A stretch of DNA of 64,000 bases from Candidatus Azotimanducaceae bacterium (GCA_965216005.1 OZ244143.1:4103947-4167946), one strand, 5' to 3'; shown: positions 28,125-38,705, counted from the stretch's first letter. Notes: generated from the sequence alone by a model not told the origin. Translations and numbers: made by a program.

Positions 28125-28997
28125 GTGTCGTTGAAAAAAGCAGTATTCAAGAGACTGCTGGAGCTATTGCCGGAGCCTGCCGCCATCGATTGGTCGACCA
28201 CGTACGCGGCAGCGTGGCAGTTGCGTCGCGGTTATTCGCAGTTTGTCGCGCATCCGTCGCTCGATGACACGACACTCGACGATCTACTGCATATAGACGA
28301 TCAAAAGCGCAAACTGGTGACGAACACGCAGCAGTTCCTGTCCGGCTTGCCGACCAATCATGCGCTGTTGTGGGGTGCTCGGGGCACCGGTAAGTCATCG
28401 TTGATCCACGCCATACTCAATCGCTTTGCTGCCGACGGCTTGCGCCTGATAGAGGTAGACAAAGAACGCCTGCGCGATCTACCGGAAATCGTCGATGAGC
28501 TTGCCCGCGAGCCGTACCGATTTATTGTGTTCTGCGACGATTTGTCCTTTGCAGCGGAAGACGGTTCCTACCGGGAGCTTAAGAGCACGCTCGAGGGGTC
28601 GATCTTCAAAACCACCGCGAACGTGGTGGTCTACGCCACGTCGAATCGTCGCCACCTCGTCACAGAATACATGTCCGACAACCAGGACGCCCGGGTCGGG
28701 GATCACGAACTGCACGAATCGGAAGCCGTCGAGGAAAAGATCTCGCTGTCCGACCGCTTCGGTTTGTGGTTGTCGTTTTATCCGTTCCGACAAGACGACT
28801 ATCTCGCCGTCGTGATGCACTGGGTTGCGGCGTTCGCCGCCCGCCACGATGTGCAAGTCGACCTCGATGCAGAGGCACTGCGCGCAGAAGCGCTGCGCTG
28901 GGCTTTGGCACGAGGTGTGCGCAACGGCCGTACCGCACAGAACTTCGCAAAGCACTGGGTAGGTGCACAAGGACTTTCACGAAGTAACCAATCCTAA
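28125..28997 (+). CDS. DUF815 family AAA+ ATPase
   Basis: GARGTGKSS Walker A, FCDDLSF, YATSNRRH, LSDRFGLW. Confidence 0.92.
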   Translation: MSLKKAVFKRLLELLPEPAAIDWSTTYAAAWQLRRGYSQFVAHPSLDDTTLDDLLHIDDQKRKLVTNTQQFLSGLPTNHALLWGARGTGKSSLIHAILNRFAADGLRLIEVDKERLRDLPEIVDELAREPYRFIVFCDDLSFAAEDGSYRELKSTLEGSIFKTTANVVVYATSNRRHLVTEYMSDNQDARVGDHELHESEAVEEKISLSDRFGLWLSFYPFRQDDYLAVVMHWVAAFAARHDVQVDLDAEALRAEALRWALARGVRNGRTAQNFAKHWVGAQGLSRSNQS

Positions 28998-29022
28998 AGG
29001 ATCAACAGTAAGGAACGAGACT

Positions 29023-30036
29023 ATGAAGAGTTGGATGGCAACGCTGGTTGCTAGTGCGTTGATTGCGTGCGTTTCGATCGGTGCCTTCGCCGACGTGGTG
29101 ATTATGTCGAATGGCGATCGCATTAGCGGGACGGTCAACAGAATCGTCGGCGGCAACCTGATCGTCACCACAACCTACGCCGGTGACGTGCCCGTCGCCT
29201 TGGGTGCCATTGCGCAGATCGAGAGCGATGCCGAGTTTTCAATGCTGTCCGGCGATTCGCGCTTAAAAGGCAAGTTTGTCAATGTCGATGGACGCCTGGG
29301 CTTGCAAACGGCAACCGGCGTGCAACCTTTGGACATCAACACGGTGGCGAAAGCGCAGCCTGGGGATCTTACGTACGCGGCGTTGACTACCGAGTGGAGC
29401 TCGCGCGCCGATCTTTCGGCAATTCTCTCGCACGGTAACTCGGATACCGAGAGCATCAATGCGCTGATCACCTCACTGTACTCCCGTGGCAACGTAGAGC
29501 ACTTCTTCTCTTTGCTGGTGTCGCAGGAGGAAGCCGAGGAAGTCACGACCAAGGACCAACTCGACTTCGACTATCTATACAAGCGCTTTCTCTCGGAAAA
29601 GTGGTACGCCGCGGGTAATGCGGAGTATTTCAAGGACGAGTTGAAAGGCATCGATTCGCGTATCTCGCTTGGCGCTGGTATGGGTTATCAGTTCTGGGCG
29701 AACGATGTGAGCGCGTTCTCGATGGATCTCGGCGTCAGTGCCGTATACGAGGACTTGGACACCGGCTCCGAATCGAATCCAGCGGTACGCTGGGGGTTGA
29801 ACTACAACCGCTGGTTGATGAAAGAACGTCTAGAGTTTTTCCACAACCAATCGGTGCTCTTCATTCCGGATTCCGATCGCGGCGAGGTGATTCAATCGTC
29901 TACCGGATTACGTTACGCGTTGAACGCGCACATCGATGCTGCCGCGCGCGTCGATTTAAACCACGAAACGGAGCCGACGCCACCGAACAGCAAGTCCGAT
30001 GTTACCTGGGTGCTTGGTGTTGGCATCAAATTCTAG
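29023..30036 (+). CDS. DUF481 (YdiY-like) outer-membrane beta-barrel protein
   Basis: Signal peptide, NGDRISG, SHGNSDTE, C-terminal GIKF. Confidence 0.85.
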   Translation: MKSWMATLVASALIACVSIGAFADVVIMSNGDRISGTVNRIVGGNLIVTTTYAGDVPVALGAIAQIESDAEFSMLSGDSRLKGKFVNVDGRLGLQTATGVQPLDINTVAKAQPGDLTYAALTTEWSSRADLSAILSHGNSDTESINALITSLYSRGNVEHFFSLLVSQEEAEEVTTKDQLDFDYLYKRFLSEKWYAAGNAEYFKDELKGIDSRISLGAGMGYQFWANDVSAFSMDLGVSAVYEDLDTGSESNPAVRWGLNYNRWLMKERLEFFHNQSVLFIPDSDRGEVIQSSTGLRYALNAHIDAAARVDLNHETEPTPPNSKSDVTWVLGVGIKF

Positions 30037-30694
30037 CTTGCTCGGGCAACCTTGCTTGAATGCGTTCGATGTCTTGTGAGATCAGCGCATTCAGAGACTG
30101 ACCGGTAGCCGGAGGCAGTTTTCTGCATAAGCCTTGTGCCTGATAGGCAAAGCGCAGCGCTTGAGGGTATGCCTTCACGTGTTCCGCGTCTTGGGCGGAA
30201 CGGCGAGCAATCTCGATCGCCAGCTGCTGCGCTGCGTACAACGCTGACGCCCGTGCGAGATCTGCGGTCTTCTGTTTGATCAGGCCATCGACGGATGCTG
30301 AGCGTAGCAACACCGCCAACTTCTCGAACGCGACCAACGCGGCCTGGCGTGCCGACTTCGAACGCAGCGGCTCTCGCTTCAAACCGGTGGGAATACGATT
30401 CAGCTGCGCCACTTTACGGCGCATGTGGTGTAGGTGCGGATGCTCGGGATTGGCGATTTTCAACCGGTCCAGGTGCGCGGACACCATCAGCACCAAACCC
30501 TTGCGCAGATCGCGGCTGAGCATCGTGCTCGGCACACTCTCGAGGGCGGTAAAAACCGCATGGCAGGTCGACAGCGCGTTACGCAACTGACGCGTCGAGC
30601 GCAGCGCCGCGGCACGCCGGCGTAGGTACAGTCCAGCCCACAGCGTGCAGGATATGGCTGCTGATCCCAACATGATACCCAGGATGATTGACAC
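30026..30694 (-). CDS. Hypothetical membrane-anchored helical protein
   Basis: 222-aa ORF with an N-terminal TM segment. Confidence 0.7.
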   Translation of the reverse strand: MSIILGIMLGSAAISCTLWAGLYLRRRAAALRSTRQLRNALSTCHAVFTALESVPSTMLSRDLRKGLVLMVSAHLDRLKIANPEHPHLHHMRRKVAQLNRIPTGLKREPLRSKSARQAALVAFEKLAVLLRSASVDGLIKQKTADLARASALYAAQQLAIEIARRSAQDAEHVKAYPQALRFAYQAQGLCRKLPPATGQSLNALISQDIERIQARLPEQARI

Positions 30695-30849
30695 GATTGC
30701 TCCTTCTCGGTGCCAAATTTATGGCGTTCTAAGGGAAGTGTAGTGCGGGATTGGGATTTGTGGAGGGATGGGTGGAGTGGTGTGCGGAGCCCGCCCGGCG
30801 CGTGGCTCGCTAGTTTGGGGCGGCCGGCGCCGGGCGCCTTGTAGCCCAT

Positions 30850-31092
30850 CCCGGGTGTCATCACACCCAGTTCCTGGATGCGCATCACATTCAACACTGG
30901 TGTGATGGCGGGGAGACTAAGCTCGACAACTTGATCTTACTCTGTAGTCATCATCACACGTTGATGCATGAGGGTGGATTCGGTCTGAAACAGAAAGAAG
31001 ACCGGTTCTACTTTGCCCGACCGGATGGACGTCCCGTCGAGATTGCGTCTTCCGCGGAAGACGGCATCCATGGCTGTTGCTTGACGCCATAA
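30850..31092 (+). pseudogene. HNH endonuclease C-terminal remnant (DUF222/HNH-like)
   Basis: Manual translation PGCHHTQFLDAHHIQHWCDGGETKLDNLILLCSHHHTLMHEGGF. In-frame TAG at 30811 and no start codon before the motif. Not in the ORF track. Confidence 0.85.
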
Positions 31093-31116
31093 GGTGCCCC
31101 CCATAGAATGCGCCGC
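31081..31116 (+). promoter_or_regulatory. Sigma70 promoter of tRNA-Glu with GC-rich discriminator
   Basis: TTGACG (31081)-17 bp-TAGAAT (31104) followed by GCGCCGC. Confidence 0.8.
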
Positions 31117-31153
31117 TCGCTGAGTGGCGGTTCTGAGCACTTGGCTATCCTAT

Positions 31154-31545
<392 letters not shown>

Positions 31546-31593
31546 TTAAGAGGGTTTTGCAGTAACAGCTGATTCACACATTCAGATCACGTT

Positions 31594-32820
31594 CTAACCC
31601 GCCGCGTACTGCGCAGCGAGCACCGAATACGCGAAACACCGCTCGAGGATGGCGATGTCGGCAGACAGCACATTCGCCTCAGCCATGTACTCCTGCCATA
31701 TGTTCGTCACATTCTGCACATCAGTCGCGATCTGCGTGGTCTGGTCATTGCTCAAGCCAAAGCGCTTGGCGGCGGCGCGCAGATTGTCCAGGCTAGGGAC
31801 GTTGCCGAACGCACCCAGCGCAATGGCGTGTGAACCCTGCAGCCCGGTGTTTGGGACGATGTCGTAGCCGGGCGTTAGTCGATACTCGGCTTCGCCGGCG
31901 CGTTTCAAGAATGCATGGTTGCGCAAGTGATCGTCCGTGTTGCCGATCGCGATGTTGAACAGCATGCGTCGAAACACATCCGCCGCTAGTGCTTCGCTTG
32001 CAGAGCCAATGCGTTTGCCCAGTTGGTAGATCCCAGGATAGGACATCGCGGCTTCGTCGTATTGGCTAATGTCGAACTTGTTGATCAGGGAGGCAACGGA
32101 CACCAGGTGGTGTTGGCGTCCGTCACTGTGATCAAAGCGTTCCACCAGCAGGACGGGGCCATAAGCGGTTTGCGTCAGCAGCACATCTGGCACCTCGATA
32201 CCCGCATCGGCGGCCATGCGCATGCTGGCGTATTCCACTTTGCACATGTCCACCAGATCCGAAGGCCGGCCGAACTTAGCGATCCAGTGTCGGTCCAGAT
32301 GATCGATCAGTGTCTTGGGCCGGGCGCCGCCCAGACCGCTGCCATGAAAGAAGAAGGGCTCCAAGTTGCGATCTACCTCGCGGCCCGCTTCGATATCGTC
32401 GGCGATCCGCTGCAGATGAATCAAATTGTCGAACGGGCGAGGCAGAGGCGTTTTCACTTTATCGGACACTCCTGCCGTAAAGCGCAGCGCACCGACACCT
32501 TCGCCCGACGCCGCCAGGAGAAACTCGACTGAGGTCATCGGTGGCGGCTGGCGAGTCTTGGACAGTTGCCGGCGACCCCACTCGTCCGGACCGGCATCCA
32601 GCAGCACGCCGAAAACGCCCGGTGATTCGCGCGAGCGGGGTGTCGTGTGAACGTCTTCGGTCAACGGCAGGTTGATCGGATCCAGCGCAAACGCGCGCGG
32701 GTGGGTTAAGTACTTCGGCGCATATTTAAAACGCCCCCGTTGTTGGTCGACGATGAGCTGACCGGCTAACACGTAGGTGCCCTGGCCTAGATCGACGTGT
32801 ACGAACAGCTTTTCAGGCAT
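31594..32820 (-). CDS. hipA: HipA-family Ser/Thr kinase toxin
   Basis: HipA N-terminal domain, GSGLGGARPK loop, WIAKF, GNTDDHLRNH, YDIVP. Start overlaps the antitoxin stop (TGATG). Confidence 0.9.
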   Translation of the reverse strand: MPEKLFVHVDLGQGTYVLAGQLIVDQQRGRFKYAPKYLTHPRAFALDPINLPLTEDVHTTPRSRESPGVFGVLLDAGPDEWGRRQLSKTRQPPPMTSVEFLLAASGEGVGALRFTAGVSDKVKTPLPRPFDNLIHLQRIADDIEAGREVDRNLEPFFFHGSGLGGARPKTLIDHLDRHWIAKFGRPSDLVDMCKVEYASMRMAADAGIEVPDVLLTQTAYGPVLLVERFDHSDGRQHHLVSVASLINKFDISQYDEAAMSYPGIYQLGKRIGSASEALAADVFRRMLFNIAIGNTDDHLRNHAFLKRAGEAEYRLTPGYDIVPNTGLQGSHAIALGAFGNVPSLDNLRAAAKRFGLSNDQTTQIATDVQNVTNIWQEYMAEANVLSADIAILERCFAYSVLAAQYAAG

Positions 32821-33167
32821 CAGAACTCCCACTCGTCACGGTTGGTGTGTGGTGTACGGGCTCGGCGACGGGCATCGCTGCGTCCGAGCGACTCGCCCAA
32901 AGTGTCCTGACCCGGGGTCAGCACCGCGTCCAAGGCGGTAGGTAAGCCGTAGATGTCGAGCAGCGCCAGGTAGGCGGATACCGTGATGTTAGTCGCGCCT
33001 CCTTCGACCTTCTTCACGGAACTCTCGGACAATCCTGCCTTTTCGGCAGCCAGCGCCTGCGTCCAGTTGCGGCGCAGCCGCGCCTCTTTCAGGCGCGCAC
33101 CGAGCCCATGCAGGCTACCCAGCGCCGCGTCACTGAGTAAGCTGGCCGATTTTGTCTTGCGAGGCAT
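32820..33167 (-). CDS. XRE-family HTH antitoxin (HipB-like)
   Basis: LKEARLRRNWTQALAAEKAGLS....KVEGG; translationally coupled to hipA. Confidence 0.88.
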   Translation of the reverse strand: MPRKTKSASLLSDAALGSLHGLGARLKEARLRRNWTQALAAEKAGLSESSVKKVEGGATNITVSAYLALLDIYGLPTALDAVLTPGQDTLGESLGRSDARRRARTPHTNRDEWEF

Positions 33168-33336
33168 ATAAATCTCTTAAATGCAGTTACAGTTGTATAT
33201 GCGACTCTACTACGGGAGAGGTAAGCATGCCGGTCCACGCTGTATAACGCCAGGAAGGCGGTCACAATAGCGTTGATAGCGTTATTAAGCTCTATTAAAC
33301 TCGTTTATAGATTTATATAAAGCTAAAAGCCGCAGA

Positions 33337-34491
33337 CTAGTCGGTGTTTGGATAGAGATCCAAGAAGTTTTGTGCAAAGAACCGATGCTGGATATCAGCG
33401 GACAATGCTGAGGTCGATTTGCCGAATCGACCCAGAGGATCGCGCCCACCTTCTGCATGCGGATAATCCGACGAGAACATAAAGAGTTCAGGTTTCGATT
33501 CCGCAACAAGCTGGCTAACGGGTTCGAACGGGTAGGGGGTAAAGCGCAGTTGCGCGACCGCTTGTTCCGTAGGCGTGCGTTTCATCTCTGCCAGTTGAGG
33601 TTCCGACTTGGACCAGATGGCCACCGCCGAGTCCAGACGGCGCAGCATGTCCGGGACCCACCCTGCGCCGATTTCCACGACACTCCCGCGCAGGTTTGGG
33701 TACTTCTCCAGCACGCCATCGAGAATCAGCGTGGAGATGAAGCGCTGCGATGCATGGTGGATGACGGTGAGGTCTTTACTCCCAATGACTTCGGCACCGC
33801 CTCGAGCACTGACGGTGTTTGGCTTGCCGTCATTCATCCACTCATCGTCGATGGTCAGGGGCGCACTGCCGACATGCAGAGTAAAGGGTAGACCCGCTTC
33901 CTGAAGCCTGGCCCAGATCGGATCATGGTCGGCATGACCGGGAGATCGTCCGCCGGGTGCGTCGGCTGGAATCCACACCGCGGCGAGTCCCTCTTTGATG
34001 ACCGCTTCGATTTCTGCGACAGCTCGGTTCACATTTTGCAGTGGCACCATGGCCACGCCCATCAAGCGTGGGTCTCCAGCACAAAACTCGGTCATGGCAC
34101 GGTTGTGAGCTGCCGCAGCGCCATAACCGATGTCGTCTGAATCGGCGTCGAAGATCAGCCGCGCGCAGAAAGATGAAAAAACGATTTGTCGTTTGAAGCC
34201 AAGTAGATCTAAAGCTCTTCCGCGCTCGGTGCCGTTGAATGCGCCTAACGCACCATGCCACTTGGGGCCGCGGGTGAGATTGTCGCCCAACGCGGCGACT
34301 TCATCCGCATAGGCGCGGTCGTGTTTCCGGTGGCCAGCGTATGCTTCTGCATTAAAAGAACCTGTGAGAACTCCTGCCAGGTCCGGCAATCGTGATCGGG
34401 TCTTGGCATCTGCGTGTCGTTCTAAGAAGTCAGGCAGTTCCATCAAGTGGCTGTCGGCATCGTAGACGATTCGGTCACTCGCATAACTCAT
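33337..34491 (-). CDS. Amidohydrolase_2 family protein
   Basis: DADSH, LHVG, EIGAGW, SSDYPH. Confidence 0.88.
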   Translation of the reverse strand: MSYASDRIVYDADSHLMELPDFLERHADAKTRSRLPDLAGVLTGSFNAEAYAGHRKHDRAYADEVAALGDNLTRGPKWHGALGAFNGTERGRALDLLGFKRQIVFSSFCARLIFDADSDDIGYGAAAAHNRAMTEFCAGDPRLMGVAMVPLQNVNRAVAEIEAVIKEGLAAVWIPADAPGGRSPGHADHDPIWARLQEAGLPFTLHVGSAPLTIDDEWMNDGKPNTVSARGGAEVIGSKDLTVIHHASQRFISTLILDGVLEKYPNLRGSVVEIGAGWVPDMLRRLDSAVAIWSKSEPQLAEMKRTPTEQAVAQLRFTPYPFEPVSQLVAESKPELFMFSSDYPHAEGGRDPLGRFGKSTSALSADIQHRFFAQNFLDLYPNTD

Positions 34492-34506
34492 AACGCGGCT
34501 CCGGAA

Positions 34507-34538
34507 GTGGCTGGCTCAGAATGTGGCTGGCTCAGAAT
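34507..34538. repeat. Exact 16-bp head-to-tail duplication (GTGGCTGGCTCAGAAT x2)
   Basis: Read directly from the sequence. Confidence 0.9.
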
Positions 34539-34796
34539 AGAGGTATGCGAAACGGATGTCGAAACTTGCCGTGAGCTGATCCGTCGTCAGCTTCTTCCGG
34601 AATTAGTATTAGAAATGAATGGATTAGAGTGAGTATTTAACTCGCAATCTAACGACCGCGTTAATGGACCCGGCGAAACTTTTTTGCAACTTCAATTGCC
34701 GGGGATTCTGGGATGATCTAGTATTTGCCGAACCTAGTCTGATGTCACACCACGCAGGGTGCAGTCAATGGTGGTGCGGTAAATGGTAATGGTGTA

Positions 34797-35681
34797 ATGG
34801 TAAGGGCGAATGCGCAACATCAGATAACGGCACGACGTTCGCAGGTCACGCTGAACGCCGACGCCGTTCAAGAACTCACCATCGCCGACGTTCACGTCGC
34901 CGAAACAACCGTTAGTGTGGCATTCGATGCCATGACGTCCGGCATACTGCACGACGTCAACGACCCCGATGAAGCGGACGCTCGGTTGTGGCGTGTCCCA
35001 GCCAACGCGCTTGCCTATGCGTTGTTAGCCGTTACCCCTGCCCAACGCGCTTCACTCGTTGGTGTCGAGCGACTGTTACGTCAGCGCGTGTGCGAGATCA
35101 TTGAGAATTCTCTGGATCGCACGACCTGGCTGGAACCTCGAAAGAAGCACGTAGCGAGCGCACAGCAACACCTCACGCTGCGTTCGTGGTCGCACGGTGA
35201 TCTCCCGGAGTACCACACGCTGCTCGATAATCAGGAGCTTTGGACCTATCTCCCCGAACCTTACCCCGCTCCTCTTACGCTCGAAATGGCGGACGATCTC
35301 ATTGAAGTGTCTAACGCGTTCCCAGAACGACATACCGTTCACGCCGTTGAATACGAAGGCAAACCGATTGGGCAAGTGCGGCTGCAATTGGACTCATCTA
35401 AAGAAGCCGACGAAGCAGAAATCAGTTATTGGATCGGCCAACCGTACTGGAACAAGGGCTTGGCTACGGAAATCGTCGCGCTGGGTACGGTTAACAGTTT
35501 CAAGCGTCTACCAAACGTGGATCGCATCTTTGCGCGCGTGATCGCCGGTAACGACGCCTCGGTCCGCGTGTTGGAAAAGGCGGGTTACCATCACGAACTT
35601 CGGTTGAGCGAGCGTGACGGACGAGAGACCGATGAGTTTGCGGTGTATCGCGCCGAGTACACGGGCATCCTTCAAGGGTGA
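34797..35681 (+). CDS. GNAT N-acetyltransferase with uncharacterised N-terminal region
   Basis: C-terminal RimJ/L-like domain (EISYWIG, WNKGLAT, NDASVRVLEKAGY). Start uncertain. Confidence 0.75.
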   Translation: MVRANAQHQITARRSQVTLNADAVQELTIADVHVAETTVSVAFDAMTSGILHDVNDPDEADARLWRVPANALAYALLAVTPAQRASLVGVERLLRQRVCEIIENSLDRTTWLEPRKKHVASAQQHLTLRSWSHGDLPEYHTLLDNQELWTYLPEPYPAPLTLEMADDLIEVSNAFPERHTVHAVEYEGKPIGQVRLQLDSSKEADEAEISYWIGQPYWNKGLATEIVALGTVNSFKRLPNVDRIFARVIAGNDASVRVLEKAGYHHELRLSERDGRETDEFAVYRAEYTGILQG

Positions 35682-35697
35682 TGAGAGGCGTCCTGAG

Positions 35698-36354
35698 TTA
35701 GCGATCAGACCAGAGCGGTTCGTCAATCTCATATCCCAGCGGTTCTCCCCACCTGTTTCTAAAGGATACTTCATGCACGGGTCGGCGCGGCGCCACACCC
35801 CACCGGCCGGTGGGATAACCCATCGGTACGAGACAGGCAAACTGCCAGCCTTCGTCTTCGGGTATGCCGAGGATTTCGTAGAATTGCTCGCGCTCAAACG
35901 CGATGACGCTGGTGATGGTGCTGCCGACCCCTTCGGCACGAGCGGCGAGCATTGCGCTCCATACCGCTGGGAAGATGGAGCCGCCGTCGCCCCCTTTGCT
36001 GAACGCGTTAAATAGAAGGGGATAATTTTCGAATTGATCGCCCATGTACTTGGCGGAACGGTGCATCTTGAGCAAAGCCGCATTCTCCGGCGAGGCCGGG
36101 TCTTTGTTGGCCTTCTCCAACGCGGGCCCATAGGCGGTGTCGAACAAACGCTCGATGCAAGTCCGATACAGAGGGGCCAGTTCGCTGATCACCCCGGGGT
36201 CGTCAACGATGAGGAAACGCCAGCCCTGTGCATTGCCGCCGGTTGGTGCACGAATGGCGGCGTCTAATATTTTTGCCTGGATGTCTTGCGGAATGGGGTC
36301 GGGCTTGACTCTGCGCATTGCGCGGGTGGTGTAAAGGGCTTCGTAAACGTCCAT
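35698..36354 (-). CDS. Nitroreductase family protein
   Basis: RAMRR, APTGGNAQGW, VPMGYP. Confidence 0.9.
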   Translation of the reverse strand: MDVYEALYTTRAMRRVKPDPIPQDIQAKILDAAIRAPTGGNAQGWRFLIVDDPGVISELAPLYRTCIERLFDTAYGPALEKANKDPASPENAALLKMHRSAKYMGDQFENYPLLFNAFSKGGDGGSIFPAVWSAMLAARAEGVGSTITSVIAFEREQFYEILGIPEDEGWQFACLVPMGYPTGRWGVAPRRPVHEVSFRNRWGEPLGYEIDEPLWSDR

Positions 36355-36475
36355 GCGGTTCTCCTTGAGCTAGGTAATCGGTCTGGGCTGCTGTAAACCC
36401 CCCCTAATTTGACCACAATCAAGTGACCACCTCCTCAGTTGTGCCAGCTTTAACGAATATGTGGAGGAGAAACGC

Positions 36476-37657
36476 ATGTCACGCGCACGACTGATTGAGA
36501 TTGCGCGCACCGATCTGGCTCACGGCCGTGAAGGCACCATGGATCAGACCGATGCGATTTACAAAGTCCCTGCTGCGGCTTATTACGACAAGGATCTGTG
36601 GGCGGGGGAAATGCAACAGATCTTCAGGCGGGTGCCACTGATGCTGGCCATGACTGCCGAAGTTCCCGAAGTAGGCGACTACAAGGCACTCGATGCAACG
36701 GGTATGCAAGTACTGATCACCCGAACCAGAAGTCGGCAGGTCAAAGCCTTCGTGAACATGTGCACCCATCGTGGAGCTTGCCTCGTGGATGAGGGCCGAG
36801 GCCGAACGCATAAATTCACCTGCCCCTACCATGCCTGGACCTTCAGCCCGGATGGCGATCTGGTGGCCGTGTATGCGGAAAGTGAATTCGGGGAGTTGGA
36901 TAAGGGCCAGTACGGTCTGACTGAACTGCCTTGTCTCGAAAGAGCGGGTCTGATCTGGGTCATACTGAATCCCGACGCGACGCTCGACATTGACAGTTTC
37001 CTCTGTGGTTACGACGACATGCTCAGCGACTTCGGTTTCGACACGTGGCACTTGCAGGCCACGCAGGTATTGGAGGGTCCCAACTGGAAGGTGGCTTACG
37101 ACGGCTATCTGGATTACTACCACCTACCCATTCTGCATGGTAGATCGTTCGGCACCGACATCGGGCACAAAGCGAACTATTACTTCTGGGGGCCGCACTC
37201 ACACCTCGGCCGACCCGACACCTACTTCGAGCAATATGAGGATCTGCCCGCGGAAGAGTGGCCGCTCGAAAGGCTGCTCGATGGTGTGTGGACCATATTT
37301 CCGCACATCTCCATCGCCAGCTTTCAGGGCGGCGGCCGGTCGGTGATGATTTCACAGCTGTTCCCCGGGGACCGGCCGGAGACATCCATGACCGTTCAGT
37401 ACTACTTGATGGAGAAGCAACCGGTGACGGACGATGACAAGCGGGAGGCGAAAGAGCAGTTCGACTTCCTGAAGTATGTGGTGTCTGAGGAGGATTACAA
37501 AACCGGCATCGCGCTGCAGAAAAACCTCAGCTTGGGCGTACTAGATCATGTGTTATACGGTAAGAACGAAGGTGGTAGTCAGAATTTCCACAAGTGGGTG
37601 GAGGCGATCGTCGGTGCCTCCGACGAGGACCTGCCGAAGTTGTTTCAGACTGGGTGA
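36476..37657 (+). CDS. Rieske non-heme iron oxygenase, alpha subunit
   Basis: CTHRG...CPYHAW Rieske motif; DYYH....H mononuclear iron site. Confidence 0.93.
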   Translation: MSRARLIEIARTDLAHGREGTMDQTDAIYKVPAAAYYDKDLWAGEMQQIFRRVPLMLAMTAEVPEVGDYKALDATGMQVLITRTRSRQVKAFVNMCTHRGACLVDEGRGRTHKFTCPYHAWTFSPDGDLVAVYAESEFGELDKGQYGLTELPCLERAGLIWVILNPDATLDIDSFLCGYDDMLSDFGFDTWHLQATQVLEGPNWKVAYDGYLDYYHLPILHGRSFGTDIGHKANYYFWGPHSHLGRPDTYFEQYEDLPAEEWPLERLLDGVWTIFPHISIASFQGGGRSVMISQLFPGDRPETSMTVQYYLMEKQPVTDDDKREAKEQFDFLKYVVSEEDYKTGIALQKNLSLGVLDHVLYGKNEGGSQNFHKWVEAIVGASDEDLPKLFQTG

Positions 37658-37671
37658 CTCGCAGCCCGGAG

Positions 37672-37716
37672 CCCGCTTCAATACTCGATAATGATCGCAC
37701 CGGCGGGGCAGCTATT
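37672..37716. repeat. 45-bp direct repeat, copy 1 (orphan 3' end of the ferredoxin gene)
   Basis: CCCGCTTCAATACTCGATAATGATCGCACCGGCGGGGCAGCTATT, identical to 41298-41342. Minus strand encodes NSCPAGAIIIEY*. Confidence 0.97.
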
Positions 37717-37778
37717 GGCTTGGCATTATTTTGGCCCTGGGGCGTCGAGTGTCGCCTAGTTCCGGGCTCTGTCGCCGA

Positions 37779-38705
37779 TCAGGTTGCCGTTAGCCACAAT
37801 TTCACCAGATCTCTATCTAGTAGTTCCGATAATGCCTCAACGTCCGTGTGGTACTCGCGCGTGATTGCCGCCCTGATTTCGTCGCTCATGGGTGCGCGCG
37901 GTGCCACCCGGTCGTTCCAGGTACGAACTTTGTTCAGCACGCCCAGTCGTTCAATGCCGAGCAGCGCTTTCGCACGTTCTACCGCCCGCACCGCCATGCC
38001 CGGTGGGCGCATGGACAGGTGCCCCAACAGCCGATTGCGGTGACTGCGGTTTTCATTAGCGCGGGGAAAAGTATCGGGCTCGATCACTGGTAGGTCCAGA
38101 AAGCGCAGTATCCCGACATACTCGCGCCGCGTATCCTCGATGAAATCATCGAACAGTACGACTTTTATTTGCGCCTGTGGAAACTGCTCGTACCAACGAA
38201 CCAACTGCGTGTGATACTTCGCGATCTGATCGTAATACACAACCTTCGGATCACGGTTGCTGCGAGGCAGTTCGAAGCCTTGTTTGCGTGCAGGTAAGAG
38301 TTGCCAGGCGCGTTCGAAGTCGGCTTCCGTTTCGTCACGCAGGTGCAGGTACTGGGCGTGAGCGGAATACACCATGTCTATGGGATTGCGCAGCAGTGCC
38401 AGAATGCGCGCATCGGGGTTGTAAGCCGCTACGTTTGCAGCGGCCTGTTCCGACATCAGGTAGGTATTGGAGGACTCACCAATTGCCATGTGTTGCGTCT
38501 GCACAGAATCAAAGAGACCCTGATACTGCTGCGCTTCGTGGATAGGGCGGTAGTTGGGAAAGTCCGTTGCAAAGAAGTGTGGCTCCTTTGGCACGGTGAT
38601 GAACACATTGGGATGCTCACGCAGGTAGTTGCAAAGGGCGGTCGTGCCCGACTTGGCGGCTCCCACCAAAAAGAAGTTGGCTTTAGGTTGCGCAGGCTGT
38701 GTCAT
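37779..38705 (-). CDS. PAPS-dependent sulfotransferase
   Basis: GAAKSGTT 5'-PSB loop, KEPHFF, GESS..Y, LRNPIDMVYS. Confidence 0.92.
   Translation of the reverse strand: MTQPAQPKANFFLVGAAKSGTTALCNYLREHPNVFITVPKEPHFFATDFPNYRPIHEAQQYQGLFDSVQTQHMAIGESSNTYLMSEQAAANVAAYNPDARILALLRNPIDMVYSAHAQYLHLRDETEADFERAWQLLPARKQGFELPRSNRDPKVVYYDQIAKYHTQLVRWYEQFPQAQIKVVLFDDFIEDTRREYVGILRFLDLPVIEPDTFPRANENRSHRNRLLGHLSMRPPGMAVRAVERAKALLGIERLGVLNKVRTWNDRVAPRAPMSDEIRAAITREYHTDVEALSELLDRDLVKLWLTAT

Noticed and set aside
34447-34632. 61-aa ORF as a real gene or gene remnant
   Set aside because: It overlaps the amidohydrolase start and the 16-bp duplication; no family recognised.
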